Position numbers and translations under genes: made by a program. The notes beneath the pieces are model-generated. The model was given only the letters and a program-made list of their open reading frames with translations. It ran no database searches and was not told the DNA's origin. Shown here one piece after another: positions 23,549 through 33,551 of a DNA stretch of 64,000 nucleotides. This DNA is from Alphaproteobacteria bacterium (GTDB lineage: Bacteria; Pseudomonadota; Alphaproteobacteria; UBA7887): positions 4,032,001 to 4,096,000 of the forward strand of contig CBDCGL010000011.1 in the NCBI GenBank assembly GCA_965216755.1. Direction: 5' to 3'. The first letter of the stretch is position 1. Every line of letters begins with the position of its first letter.

Positions 23549-24667
23549 GTGATGGCGGCCGATCTGGGGGAAGCGACACGAACGGCGTTCGATGACAGCG
23601 CATTGCAGCGGCTGGGCATTCGAATTCCGATCATCCAGGCGCCGATGGCCAGCGCGTCTTCGCCCGGGATGGTAATCCGTGTGTCCAACGCGGGTGGTCT
23701 TGGATCTTTGGGCGCGGCCTATCTGCGGCCGGAGCGTATTCAGGCCGCAATTCGCGCCATTCGCGCCGGCACCGACCAATCATTCGCTGTCAATTTGTTT
23801 GTGCCCGACCAGACCGTGTTCTCAGAGGTCGAACTGGCGGCGGCCAATCGCGCGTTGCAGCCGGTGCGCGACGCCTTGGGCCTGTCAACGCCCGAGACCC
23901 CACCGGCGCCGCCCGACATGTTTTCCGAACAGGTCGATGTGATTGTCGAGGAACGCGTTCCCGTATTCAGTTTTCACCTGGGCGTTCCATCGTCCGAGGC
24001 GATGGGGCGGCTCAAGGATGCGGGCATCGTTGTCATTGGTTCGGCGACATCGGCGGCGGATGCGGAGGCCGTGGCGGCCGCGGGCGCTGACTATGTCGTG
24101 GCCCAGGGCGCCGAAGCGGGCGGGCATCAGGGCACGTTTGATGTTGCCGACGACCCGCCGATGACCGGGCTGATGGCGCTGTTGCCGCAAGTGGTCGACG
24201 CGGTAACGGTTCCTGTAATTGCCGCCGGCGGTATCATGGATGGGCGCGGTATCGCTGCGGCTTTATGCCTGGGGGCGTGCGCGGCGCAAATGGGCACGGC
24301 GTTTCTTGCCGGCCCGGAAAGCGCGGCGCATCCCAGTCAAAAACAGATTCTGACCAATGCGACCAGCGACACGACACGCCTGACGCGGGCGTTCAGCGGT
24401 CGGCCGGCGCGCGGTATCGGCAACGACTTCATGGACATCGTCGATGGTCCCGAGGGCGCCATTTTACCGTTTCCCCATCAGAACGCGCTGACCCGTGATA
24501 TTCGCGATGCGGCGGCCGAACAGGATCGCCCCGAATATTTGTCGATGTGGGCGGGGCAAGGCGTGGCCCTGGCGCGCGATTTGCCGGCAGCTGAGTTGGT
24601 CACAACGTTGGTCCGCGAACTTGAAGAAGCCTTCGCCGCGACATTGCATTCAGGTGGACGATTGTGA
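23549..24667 (+). CDS. Nitronate monooxygenase-family flavoenzyme
   Basis: PIIQAPMA, AQGAEAGGH, AAGGIMDG, SGRPARG, MWAGQ. Confidence 0.9.
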   Translation: MMAADLGEATRTAFDDSALQRLGIRIPIIQAPMASASSPGMVIRVSNAGGLGSLGAAYLRPERIQAAIRAIRAGTDQSFAVNLFVPDQTVFSEVELAAANRALQPVRDALGLSTPETPPAPPDMFSEQVDVIVEERVPVFSFHLGVPSSEAMGRLKDAGIVVIGSATSAADAEAVAAAGADYVVAQGAEAGGHQGTFDVADDPPMTGLMALLPQVVDAVTVPVIAAGGIMDGRGIAAALCLGACAAQMGTAFLAGPESAAHPSQKQILTNATSDTTRLTRAFSGRPARGIGNDFMDIVDGPEGAILPFPHQNALTRDIRDAAAEQDRPEYLSMWAGQGVALARDLPAAELVTTLVRELEEAFAATLHSGGRL

Positions 24668-25644
24668 TGACACCCAACAAACGTAATGTGCTGATTTTGG
24701 GGCCGGTCCATCCGGCCGGCCCGGCCTTGCTGGCGGAACACGACGATATTGTCGTCGAGGACTTGCATCAGAATACGCCGGACATCGCGGCGCCATTGGC
24801 GCGCGCCGATGCACTGATTGTGCGGACCAGGTTGATCGACGCCGCTGCGATTGCCGCGGCGCCGCGTCTGCAAATTGTTGCCCGATATGGCGTCGGCTTC
24901 GACACGGTCGACGTACCGGCATTGACAGCACGAAAAATACCCCTGGCAACCGTTGGGGCAGCAAATTCGCCGGCGGTGGCGGAACATGCGCTGTTCTTGA
25001 TGCTGGCGGTCGCCAAGCAATGCGTCGTTCTGGATCGCGCGACCCGCACCGACGACTGGAAGGCGCGCGATACCGTGCTGCCCACCGAACTACTGGATAA
25101 GGACGTGCTGTTGGTCGGCCTCGGCCGTATCGGTATGCGCGTTGCCCAACTGTGCGTTGCGTTCGGGGCACGCGTCACGGTTTACGATCCGTTCGTGCCC
25201 GCGGCCGACATCGAAGCGGCCGGGTTCACACCCGCCGGGGCATTGGACACGGCATTGCCCGCGGCCGACATCATATCGCTGCATCTGCCGCTGAGCGATC
25301 AAACCAAGCATCTGGTCAATCGTGAGTCCTTGGCGGCCATGAAGCCGACGGCGCTGTTGATCAACACGGCGCGTGGCGGCTTGATTGATGAAGCGGCGCT
25401 GGTCGCCGCGCTGCGCGGTGGCGTCATTCGTGGCGCCGGCCTGGACGTGTTTGATCAGGAACCACCGCACGCCGACAATCCATTATTCCACCTCGATAAT
25501 GTCGTTCTCAGCCCGCACAATGCCGGCCTGACATCGGAATCGATCGCGCGCATGAGCGTGCAATGCGCCCGCAATGTGCTCGATGCGTTCGCCGGCACGC
25601 TCGATACGCGCATGGTCGTGAACCGGGAGGTTCTCGACGACTGA
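24664..25644 (+). CDS. D-isomer 2-hydroxyacid dehydrogenase (PGDH-like)
   Basis: RYGVGFD, GLGRIG, INTARG, DVFDQEP, SPHNAG. Confidence 0.9.
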   Translation: MMTPNKRNVLILGPVHPAGPALLAEHDDIVVEDLHQNTPDIAAPLARADALIVRTRLIDAAAIAAAPRLQIVARYGVGFDTVDVPALTARKIPLATVGAANSPAVAEHALFLMLAVAKQCVVLDRATRTDDWKARDTVLPTELLDKDVLLVGLGRIGMRVAQLCVAFGARVTVYDPFVPAADIEAAGFTPAGALDTALPAADIISLHLPLSDQTKHLVNRESLAAMKPTALLINTARGGLIDEAALVAALRGGVIRGAGLDVFDQEPPHADNPLFHLDNVVLSPHNAGLTSESIARMSVQCARNVLDAFAGTLDTRMVVNREVLDD

Positions 25645-25699
25645 GACGTCGCCACCATGGCGGCTGTTCGGTCAGGCGGCGCGCCAAAGCGTTGTTGTT

Positions 25700-26236
25700 C
25701 TAGTCGTTGTAACAGAACTGGCAGAGCACGAATTCCGCGCTGGCAACCGTGACAACAACTTGGTCGATCTCGTCCGCAGTCCACTGAACCGTTTCAATTT
25801 GATTTGTCGCGGGGATTGTTTGCGTTCCTAAGTGACCCACTGGGTATTTGTAGAAATCGACTTGCGCGTCAGCCCCGCCCATGTTGACCGCTCTAAGGCT
25901 AACTTGACCATGACTATCTGCCATGTCGATGATCACTGTTCCGTTGCCAAAGACACCGAGCTGCAACTCAATGCCGCACATGCCCGGGACGTATGAGTCG
26001 ATTTCGCCGAACGGGAACGCGCGAAACGTGACATTCGGGTCTTGATCGAAGAAGACCTGCCGCATGCCTGCGACAATCGGCACCTTGGCCGGATACTTCA
26101 TTGGGTCGGTCACCTCGCCTTCGAAGCCGACGCATTCGTCGGCCATTGCAGCTGAGGCCGCTAGGACTGCGCTGACGCCAAGTCCGGAAAGAACCAGAAA
26201 CGACACAGCCAGGGAACGTAAGGCGTATGGTTTCAT
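25700..26236 (-). CDS. Hypothetical secreted protein
   Basis: GAGGA RBS, signal peptide ending AMA, beta-rich acidic mature region. No family recognised. Confidence 0.65.
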   Translation of the reverse strand: MKPYALRSLAVSFLVLSGLGVSAVLAASAAMADECVGFEGEVTDPMKYPAKVPIVAGMRQVFFDQDPNVTFRAFPFGEIDSYVPGMCGIELQLGVFGNGTVIIDMADSHGQVSLRAVNMGGADAQVDFYKYPVGHLGTQTIPATNQIETVQWTADEIDQVVVTVASAEFVLCQFCYND

Positions 26237-26667
26237 TCTCTGTTCCTCTTTCAATTTGACGTATTCATATCGATGACTTTGTTTGCGTGCTCTCATAATC
26301 GCGTAGAGATTGCATTGTACGTAATGTTCCTCGAAGTTTGAGTGTTAAAGCGTATTCGTTTTTGCTAATGCGTGTAAATACAGGCCATTTTGGGACAAAG
26401 TAGATTTGGGTCCAATACCAAATCGCGCGATACGTATCGACCTTTGCGATTTGACGAAGCAAGTCCCTGTATCTTGAGCGTTAAGTGATAGGGGTTGGAT
26501 CGGTCTCGCATTTGCGAGATGCAATCGAGACAATCTTGTAAAGGCGGGGTCGGGTCACGGAGCTCGTTTGATTGTATGTTTCACGTCAACGCGAACGTCC
26601 GGTACCGGGATCGAGCGCATTTCACGCTCATATGTGATTGCGCGCCATGCTCTATCTTTTTGATATC

Positions 26668-26715
26668 GATCAACTTATCTTCGTTCAAACATTTCCGTTT
26701 GAACGAAGGTTGATC
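26668..26715. repeat. Inverted repeat / hairpin
   Basis: CTTCGTTCAAAC-ATTTCC-GTTTGAACGAAG (12 bp perfect), extended by GATCAAC/GTTGATC across a 4-nt bulge. Confidence 0.7.
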
Positions 26716-26809
26716 TAGGTGTCGGCTATGCGAGCCGCAGTGCGTTTGGCCGCAATTTCAAAGAGATGTTTGCCGCCAGCCCGGCCGAATATCGCGCCAG
26801 GTGTCGGGC

Positions 26810-27232
26810 TTAACCCGCTGTCTTGAGGTAAGCGATAATCGCCTGGCGCTTGGCCGCGTCCGGTTGCCTGTAGATCATGAAACTACCCGGGATCGCGGCT
26901 TGCGTGTCTTCGATCATTCGATCGAGATTGGCTTCGTCCCAAATGATTCCTCGCGTCGCCTCAAGAAATGACTCCGAGTAAAGAAACGCGCTGACCGCCG
27001 CCGCCGGTCGACCGACGATACCGCGTAACGGTGGCCCCCAAACAACCATCATGACCGGAATCGGCGCCATGCGGCCCGATGTTTCGTTCTCTATGCCGAA
27101 ATGGCAGTGGTTACATTCGCGCCCATACAAATCGCGACCCGTCTCGACGCGGTCGATATCTTCAGCCAGTGCACAAAGCGGACCAGCGTGAATTGCGACG
27201 GGAACAACAAGAAGGCGCAGCAGTCGTCTCAT
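26810..27232 (-). CDS. Class I cytochrome c (c2-like)
   Basis: Signal peptide, CNHCH, GPPLRGIVGR, IPGSFM (axial Met). Confidence 0.85.
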   Translation of the reverse strand: MRRLLRLLVVPVAIHAGPLCALAEDIDRVETGRDLYGRECNHCHFGIENETSGRMAPIPVMMVVWGPPLRGIVGRPAAAVSAFLYSESFLEATRGIIWDEANLDRMIEDTQAAIPGSFMIYRQPDAAKRQAIIAYLKTAG

Positions 27233-27252
27233 GGTGGTTCACTCACCCTGGT

Positions 27253-29523
27253 TCACGTCAGTTCGACAAAGCTGTCGATAACTTTCTTGGTGCCAGCTTT
27301 GTCGAACGCGATTTCCAGTTTGTTGCCGTCGACCGCTTGAACGCGCCCATAACCAAATTTTTGATGAAATACACGGACCCCGACCTGAATCGCGCCCGGC
27401 GGATGGCTTCGTGTTTCGGCGACCACCGATTGGCTGCCCATGGTTTTTGCGTAGCGATGAAAATTGCTGCGCCGGGGCCCCATATTCGGGCGCACAACGC
27501 CATCCAAGCCAGCGCTGAGAATGGGCTCTGGCACGGCGGCTGCGTAGGCGCCGAGGTCCGATTCTTGTGTGACGTGGTCGGGCGGCAGCTCCTTAACGAA
27601 TCGCGATGGCAGTTGCGACATCCATTGACCATACATACTGCGATTGGCGGCGTACAAAATGGTCACACGCTTGCGTGCCCGGGTGATACCGACATACGCC
27701 AGCCGTCGTTCTTCCTCCAGCGCCTTCAAGCCGCCGTCATCAAGGGCCCGTTGATGAGGAAACAGGCCTTCCTCCCAGCCCGGCAAAAAGACATTGTCGA
27801 ACTCCAGGCCCTTGGCGGCATGCAAAGTCATGATATTGGCCATATCGCCGTCGACATTGTCGGCGTTGTCCATGACCAGGCTGACATGCTCCAAGAATTC
27901 CTCGAGAGATTCGAACTCCTCCAAAGCTGCGGCCAGCTCCTTGAGGTTTTCCAGCCGTCCCGGCGCTTCCACTGACCGGTCTTGCTGCCACATTTCGGTA
28001 TAGCCGGATTCGTCCAAGACCTGGCGGGCCAAATCAGCGACCGGGGTTGCGTCGGCCAATGAACGCCAGCGATCGAACGACACCAAAAGGTCGGTCAGGG
28101 CGCGGCGCGCTTTGCCACGCAGCTCGTCCGAACCGACCAATTCTGCGGCGGCCCGGGTCAACGGAATCTGTTGTGCACGGGCCAGTCGATTGACCGTTTG
28201 CAAGCTGGCCTCGCCGATACCGCGCTTCGGCTTGTTGATGATTCGCTCAAAAGCCAAATCGTCCGCCGGCTGGCTGACGACACGCAAATAGGCGATCGCG
28301 TCGCGGATCTCCAAGCGCTCGTAGAACCGAAGTCCGCCGATCACCCGATAGGGCAAACCAATCTGCAGAAACCGTTCCTCGAATGCGCGGGTCTGAAAGC
28401 CAGCGCGCACCAACACCGCGCACTTCGACAGCGCCTCGCGCGCCCTTTGCAACGCTTCGATCTCGTCGCCGACGACACGCGCTTCCTCCTCGCCGTCCCA
28501 CACGCCGCGGACCGAGACCTTTTCGCCATGGGCATTGCTGTCGGTCCATAGAGTCTTGCCGAGACGGCCCTGATTGTGGGCAATCAATCCAGATGCGGCG
28601 CCTAGAATATGTGGCGTCGAACGGTAATTCCGCTCCAAGCGAATCACCTGGGCGCCGGGAAAGTCTTGCTCAAACTTCAAGATATTGCCGACTTCGGCGC
28701 CGCGCCACGCATAGATGGATTGGTCATCATCGCCGACGCAACAAATATTGCGATGGCTCTGGGCAAGCAGACGCAGCCACAGATATTGCGCGACGTTGGT
28801 GTCTTGGTATTCGTCGACCAGAATGTATTTGAAGCGCTGCTGATAGTCGCGCAAGACGTCGGGTTGGTTCTGAAAGACAGTCAGATTGTGCAACAGCAGA
28901 TCACCGAAATCAGCGGCATTCAATGTGACCAGCCGCTCTTGATATTCGGCATATAGTTTGGCCGCGCGACCGTCTGCATAGTCGACCCCATCGGCATTGG
29001 CGAGTTTCTCGGGCGTCAGACCGCGATCCTTCCAACGATCAATGATGCTGTTCAGCACCCGGGCCGGCCATTTCTTGTCGTCGATGTCGTGGGCGGCCAA
29101 AATCTGCTTCAACAGCCGAATCTGATCGTCCGTATCAAGAATGGTGAACGTGGATTTGAGGCCGACAATCTCGGCGTGGCGCCGCAAAATGCGCGCCGCC
29201 ATGGCGTGGAACGTGCCCAGGAACCAACCCTCGACCGAGCGCCCGATAAGTTGCTCCACCCTGTATTTCATTTCCCGCGCCGCCTTGTTGGTAAAGGTGA
29301 CGGTCAGTGTTTCCGCGGGATATGCGAGATTTTGATTGAGGATATGGCTAAGCCGCGTGGTCAGTACGCGGGTCTTGCCGGTACCGGCGCCCGCCAGAAT
29401 CAAAACCGGGCCGTCGGTGGCTTCGACGGCGGCGCGCTGCTCGTCGTTGAGTGATTCGATGTAGGGCGGCGTCGCGGCTGGTGCGGGTGCCGCAAAGCCG
29501 TTCAGGTCAAAGGGATCGGACAT
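27253..29523 (-). CDS. uvrD: UvrD/PcrA DNA helicase
   Basis: AGAGTGKT, TFTNKAA, VDEYQD, GDDDQSIY, HAAKGLEF, EERRLAYV. Confidence 0.96.
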   Translation of the reverse strand: MSDPFDLNGFAAPAPAATPPYIESLNDEQRAAVEATDGPVLILAGAGTGKTRVLTTRLSHILNQNLAYPAETLTVTFTNKAAREMKYRVEQLIGRSVEGWFLGTFHAMAARILRRHAEIVGLKSTFTILDTDDQIRLLKQILAAHDIDDKKWPARVLNSIIDRWKDRGLTPEKLANADGVDYADGRAAKLYAEYQERLVTLNAADFGDLLLHNLTVFQNQPDVLRDYQQRFKYILVDEYQDTNVAQYLWLRLLAQSHRNICCVGDDDQSIYAWRGAEVGNILKFEQDFPGAQVIRLERNYRSTPHILGAASGLIAHNQGRLGKTLWTDSNAHGEKVSVRGVWDGEEEARVVGDEIEALQRAREALSKCAVLVRAGFQTRAFEERFLQIGLPYRVIGGLRFYERLEIRDAIAYLRVVSQPADDLAFERIINKPKRGIGEASLQTVNRLARAQQIPLTRAAAELVGSDELRGKARRALTDLLVSFDRWRSLADATPVADLARQVLDESGYTEMWQQDRSVEAPGRLENLKELAAALEEFESLEEFLEHVSLVMDNADNVDGDMANIMTLHAAKGLEFDNVFLPGWEEGLFPHQRALDDGGLKALEEERRLAYVGITRARKRVTILYAANRSMYGQWMSQLPSRFVKELPPDHVTQESDLGAYAAAVPEPILSAGLDGVVRPNMGPRRSNFHRYAKTMGSQSVVAETRSHPPGAIQVGVRVFHQKFGYGRVQAVDGNKLEIAFDKAGTKKVIDSFVELT

Positions 29524-29632
29524 GGCTGCGCCGACTATATAGGAGCGCGTGGCCGCGCGCATCAGAGGGCTTCTGGCTTTCACCGCAAACACTGGCGCGG
29601 GCGGGATGCGGCCTCCACAAGAACGTGGCTGG

Positions 29633-29923
29633 TTAGGCGATATCGACGGTCACGGGAAAGTGGACCGAGGCTTCAAAAAGGTCTGCCTTCAATGGTTTCG
29701 CTGCCGCGTTTTGGTATGGGTTCCACACTTGGGCCGGCGTGTTGCCGGTTGTGGTGGTGGTATTGGGCGCCTCGGTGATGCCGATGAGATCGGGATCCAC
29801 GGCCGCAATGACCGCGGCCACGGCATCAATTTGCTTTGTCGCGTCGGGGCTTGACCCCAAGCTGTTGTCCGGCTCGAAAGCGTCAGTGAACCATTTGATA
29901 TTGTATGTCATCAGGCGAGCCAT
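29633..29923 (-). pseudogene. Internally deleted endonuclease/exonuclease/phosphatase (EEP) gene
   Basis: N-terminal MTYNI and DPDLIGITE are joined directly to the C-terminal AS(V)HFPV motif in only 96 aa. Confidence 0.7.
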
Positions 29924-30112
29924 CGGCGTGCCTCCAAGTCCTGAACCGCAACCACAGGTTACAGGATTTGCCGTTTCATCATAGTGACTGCCGCTGTTCC
30001 TATGCTACTGACTGTGTCCTTAGGGCAGTTGCTTTTTTCTCGTCGCCGGCCCGGTTCGAGTCTGTTGGTGCCCGCGCACGGGCGGGTCTTACAAAGTTTG
30101 TGGAGTGCACGA

Positions 30113-30952
30113 ATGATGGCGAGCGCAAGCGAAGGCGAGCCGGGCCACGCCGATCTGTTTGCCTTGGCGAGGTTGGCGGGCCGGACGGCCGTGGTGACGG
30201 GCTCGACCAGCGGCATCGGCTTGGGGATCGCCCAGTCCTTTGCGCGCGTCGGCATGGGGATTGTCTTGAACGGCCTGGAGACGGTGGACGAAGCTCAAGG
30301 TTTGTGTGACCAATTCGAACGCGAATTTGGCACGCGTCCGGACTATTCGCCGGCCAACATGGCGCAGCCCGACGACATTGCGGCGATGATCACGCGAGTG
30401 AGCGCTGAACGCGGCGGCGTGGACGTGTTGGTCAACAATGCCGGCATCCAGCATGTCGCACCGATCGAAGAGTTTCCGCCGGAAAGATGGGACGCCATTG
30501 CGGCAATCAATCTGGCTGCCGCCTTTCATGCCACGCGCGCCGTGGTGCCCGGGATGAAGACGCGTGGATGGGGGCGTGTGATCAATGTGGCGTCCGCACA
30601 TGGGCTGGTCGCCTCGCCGTTCAAGGCAGCCTACGTTGCCGCGAAACACGGCATGTTGGGCCTGACCAAGACGGTGGCGTTGGAAACCGCGCAAGACGAC
30701 ATCACGGTCAACGCCATTTGTCCGGGCTATGTCTGGACACCGTTGGTCGAGAAACAGATTCCGGATACCGCCAAGGCGCGCGGGATTAGTGAAGAAGAGG
30801 TCATCAAAAACGTAATATTGTCGGCCCAGCCGACCAAACAGTTCGTCACCACCGAACAAATCGGCGCGCTCGCCGTATTTCTTTGCAGCGACATGGCGGC
30901 ATCTATCACCGGGGCGGCAATCCCCATTGATGGTGGCTTTACGGCCCAATAA
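30113..30952 (+). CDS. bdhA: D-3-hydroxybutyrate dehydrogenase
   Basis: TGSTSGIG, NNAGIQH, SAHGLVASPFKAAYVAAKHG, CPGYVWTPLV. Confidence 0.92.
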   Translation: MMASASEGEPGHADLFALARLAGRTAVVTGSTSGIGLGIAQSFARVGMGIVLNGLETVDEAQGLCDQFEREFGTRPDYSPANMAQPDDIAAMITRVSAERGGVDVLVNNAGIQHVAPIEEFPPERWDAIAAINLAAAFHATRAVVPGMKTRGWGRVINVASAHGLVASPFKAAYVAAKHGMLGLTKTVALETAQDDITVNAICPGYVWTPLVEKQIPDTAKARGISEEEVIKNVILSAQPTKQFVTTEQIGALAVFLCSDMAASITGAAIPIDGGFTAQ

Positions 30953-30954
30953 CC

Positions 30955-31677
30955 ATGACGGCGGCTTCGGATGTGAAACCCGTCAACTTCGCGCTCCAGG
31001 GTGGCGGGGCTCATGGCGCCTTTGCCTGGGGCGTCTTGGACCAGGTCTTGGAGCATATCGTCGATATCGATGCGCTCTGTCGTTGCGACACGCCCCCACG
31101 GCTCCATATCAGCGCTACCAATGTTCGCACCGGCAAAATCAAGGTATTCGAGAATGCCGATATGAGCGCCGACGTGGTCCTGGCATCGGCGTGCTTGCCG
31201 TTCCGATTTCAGGCGGTCGAGATCAAGGGTGAGTTTTATTGGGACGGTGGCTTCATGGGCAACCCGGCGATTTTTCCACTGATCTACAAGTCCACGTCAA
31301 AGGACGTCATTATCGTTCACATCAATCCACAGCGGCGCGAGAGCGTGCCGAAGAGCGCGGCCGAAATCCACGATCGCTTAAATGAGATCACGTTCAATTC
31401 GTCACTGATGCGCGAAATGCGCGCGATCGCCTTCGTCTCCAAATTGATCGATGATGGGCGGCTGGATGGTGACAACTACAAGAGTATGCTGATCCACTCG
31501 CTGATTGGTGACGACGACATGGCGGACCTGAGCGCCGCCAGCAAAATGAGTCCGGATTGGGATTTCCTGTGCCATCTACGCGATAAAGGCCGCACGGTGG
31601 CGGCAAATTGGCTCAACGAGAATTTTGGCAATATCGGCGTCCGATCCAGTACCGATATTGTTGGCACTTTCCTTTGA
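30955..31677 (+). pseudogene. Patatin-like phospholipase lacking the GxSxG segment (in-frame deletion)
   Basis: GGGAHGAF and DGG are present, the nucleophile motif is absent, and GVLDQVLE runs straight into HIVD..SATNV. Confidence 0.72.
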
Positions 31678-31876
31678 GGCCCCCCCCCCGCGACGCTAGG
31701 TCGGTAAAACCATAAAGTTCCTATGGTTTTCGTCCGTTGAACAGATTGTGATCGGCGGCACCGATCTGTTGCGTGGATGTGGCCGCTCGGATAGCGTGAT
31801 CCGCGCCGTACTTAAGCTGTGGCTTGAACCAGCAAGTCCTTCCCAACTCATTTCGATACAGTCATTGGCGGATTGC

Positions 31877-32458
31877 GTGCCCTGGGAAAAAAAATACGAC
31901 GAGACCGACGTTGTCGTGAAAGCCATGCATGCCTTTTGGGCGCACGGTTACGGGGCGACGTCGGTAAACGACCTGGTGCGCGAGACCGGCGTTAATCGCG
32001 GCAGCTTGTATGCGGCATTCTCCGGCAAACGGGATTTGTTTCTCGCCGCGTTGCGGTACTATGACCAGCAACATCGCGATCGATATCTTGCTGACCTGGC
32101 GACCACGTTGCCGCCGAAAGCGGCGATTGTGGCCGCGTTCGAAGCCGCGGCCCAACAAACGGAATTGGCCGATACCCCATCGGGGTGTTTGCTCGTCAAT
32201 ACGGCGTTGGAGGTGTCGTCGCACGATCGCGAAGTGCGCGATCTTGTGAAGCGGGCACTGCAAGAGGTCGAGGGTTTTTTCTTTGACATGATTGGGGCTG
32301 CCCGCGGGGCGGGGACGCTGCAGACAGTTTGCGAACCGCGAGCCATGGCGCGCGCACTGCTCGGATTGTTTCTCGGCCTGCGCGTGCTTGCCCGCTCGGG
32401 CACGGATCGGGCGGTGCGCGATGCTGTCGTGGCGCAGGCCAAGGCGATGTTGGGCTGA
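31877..32458 (+). CDS. TetR/AcrR-family regulator
   Basis: FWAHGYGATSV..TGVNRGSLYAAF HTH, GCLLVN. GTG start inferred. Confidence 0.88.
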   Translation: MPWEKKYDETDVVVKAMHAFWAHGYGATSVNDLVRETGVNRGSLYAAFSGKRDLFLAALRYYDQQHRDRYLADLATTLPPKAAIVAAFEAAAQQTELADTPSGCLLVNTALEVSSHDREVRDLVKRALQEVEGFFFDMIGAARGAGTLQTVCEPRAMARALLGLFLGLRVLARSGTDRAVRDAVVAQAKAMLG

Positions 32459-32854
32459 CGGCTTCGTTTGAGGTTTATGGAGCGCTTGATTTCGTAGAAC
32501 CTGCATGGCCAAGACGGCTGGTGTCCGCATGCGAAGTGCTGTCTGCCCGTGGGGCCCTGTGGCCGTTGGTCAAGCGCTGTCCGGCGGCGCCAATCGGCCG
32601 GCACGCACCGGCCGCCGCAAAAAGATCCCAAAGGCACTGCCCATCACGGTCCAAAGTAAAAAAACGGATAGTGCAGGCATTGTTGTTGCGACAAGGGCTG
32701 TCAAGACCCCGCAAAAGCACCAGCCGCGAGAGGCAAGAGAAATAGCGCCTTGGTTCCCGGAAGGGGCTTATCACGCAGATCGGCAAAGTGTTGACGCGCC
32801 GCCGCTTGGAAATCGCCGCGGTTTCGAATGGTGGCCCAGGCCGCGCCTGCTAAG

Positions 32855-33168
32855 CGGTTCATGGCCGCCCATGGAAAATCGGACCGCGCCGACGTCGTTC
32901 TCGCTGAATGACTGTTCTTGCAGCTCGCGAATATTGCGGATGAGCGACCTATACATTGGTTCTCGACGCGGCGCCCGGCGCAGCGTTTTGGCTTCATGTT
33001 CATCAGATGCCGTCTTGCCGTGGAAGAGATCAGCTAGCCCCACAGCAAACCCAGCCTCGGCTAGGGACGCCGCGTAGGATCTGAAGGAATTCGTGAGACC
33101 CCACCAATGAATCACCAAAACACAACGGGGTTTCGTCCCGACGAAAAAGAAATTTCCAAGCTAGCCAT
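32855..33168 (-). pseudogene. Dienelactone hydrolase remnant
   Basis: LVIH-WWGL, DLFHGKTA, FSMGG. Frameshift after the ATG at 33168 and no recognisable C-terminal half. Confidence 0.7.
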
Positions 33169-33551
33169 CTGCAATTCCTCACACGGCCAAATGTCGGCAT
33201 GGTGTCTTGCTGCTTGACCAAGGCGAGAGATCGCCCATAGATGTTGACCGCAGGTCGGATCTCACGGCCAAATCGCTCACGCAAAGATAGCACGACGCAT
33301 CCGAGCGAGCTTTCTGGCGCTCGGCTCTTTCGTGAAGATTGGACAAATCTCGCTGTGTTCGCTCCGCCACCGATCTCCGCCTCGTTGCGGCAAACAGCAT
33401 GGTGCATCAATCAAAAGCATTGCCACGAAACAAGTCGCGCGCCCCCGCCCTCGCACAGGTCTCAAATTGGCGCGCTGACACCTAAACCGCTATCATTTGG
33501 GCGCGAGGTTCGCCGGGCGTTGGCCCAAAATTCATGCAATGGAAGGTCGAA

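Noticed and set aside
30045-30075. GGTTCGAGTC T-loop-like motif
   Set aside because: No T-stem pairing, acceptor stem or CCA; not a tRNA.
31680-31730. Poly-C run and AAAACCATA/TATGGTTTT hairpin
   Set aside because: The run is intergenic with no evidence of phase variation. The hairpin is AT-rich and cannot be assigned as terminator or operator.
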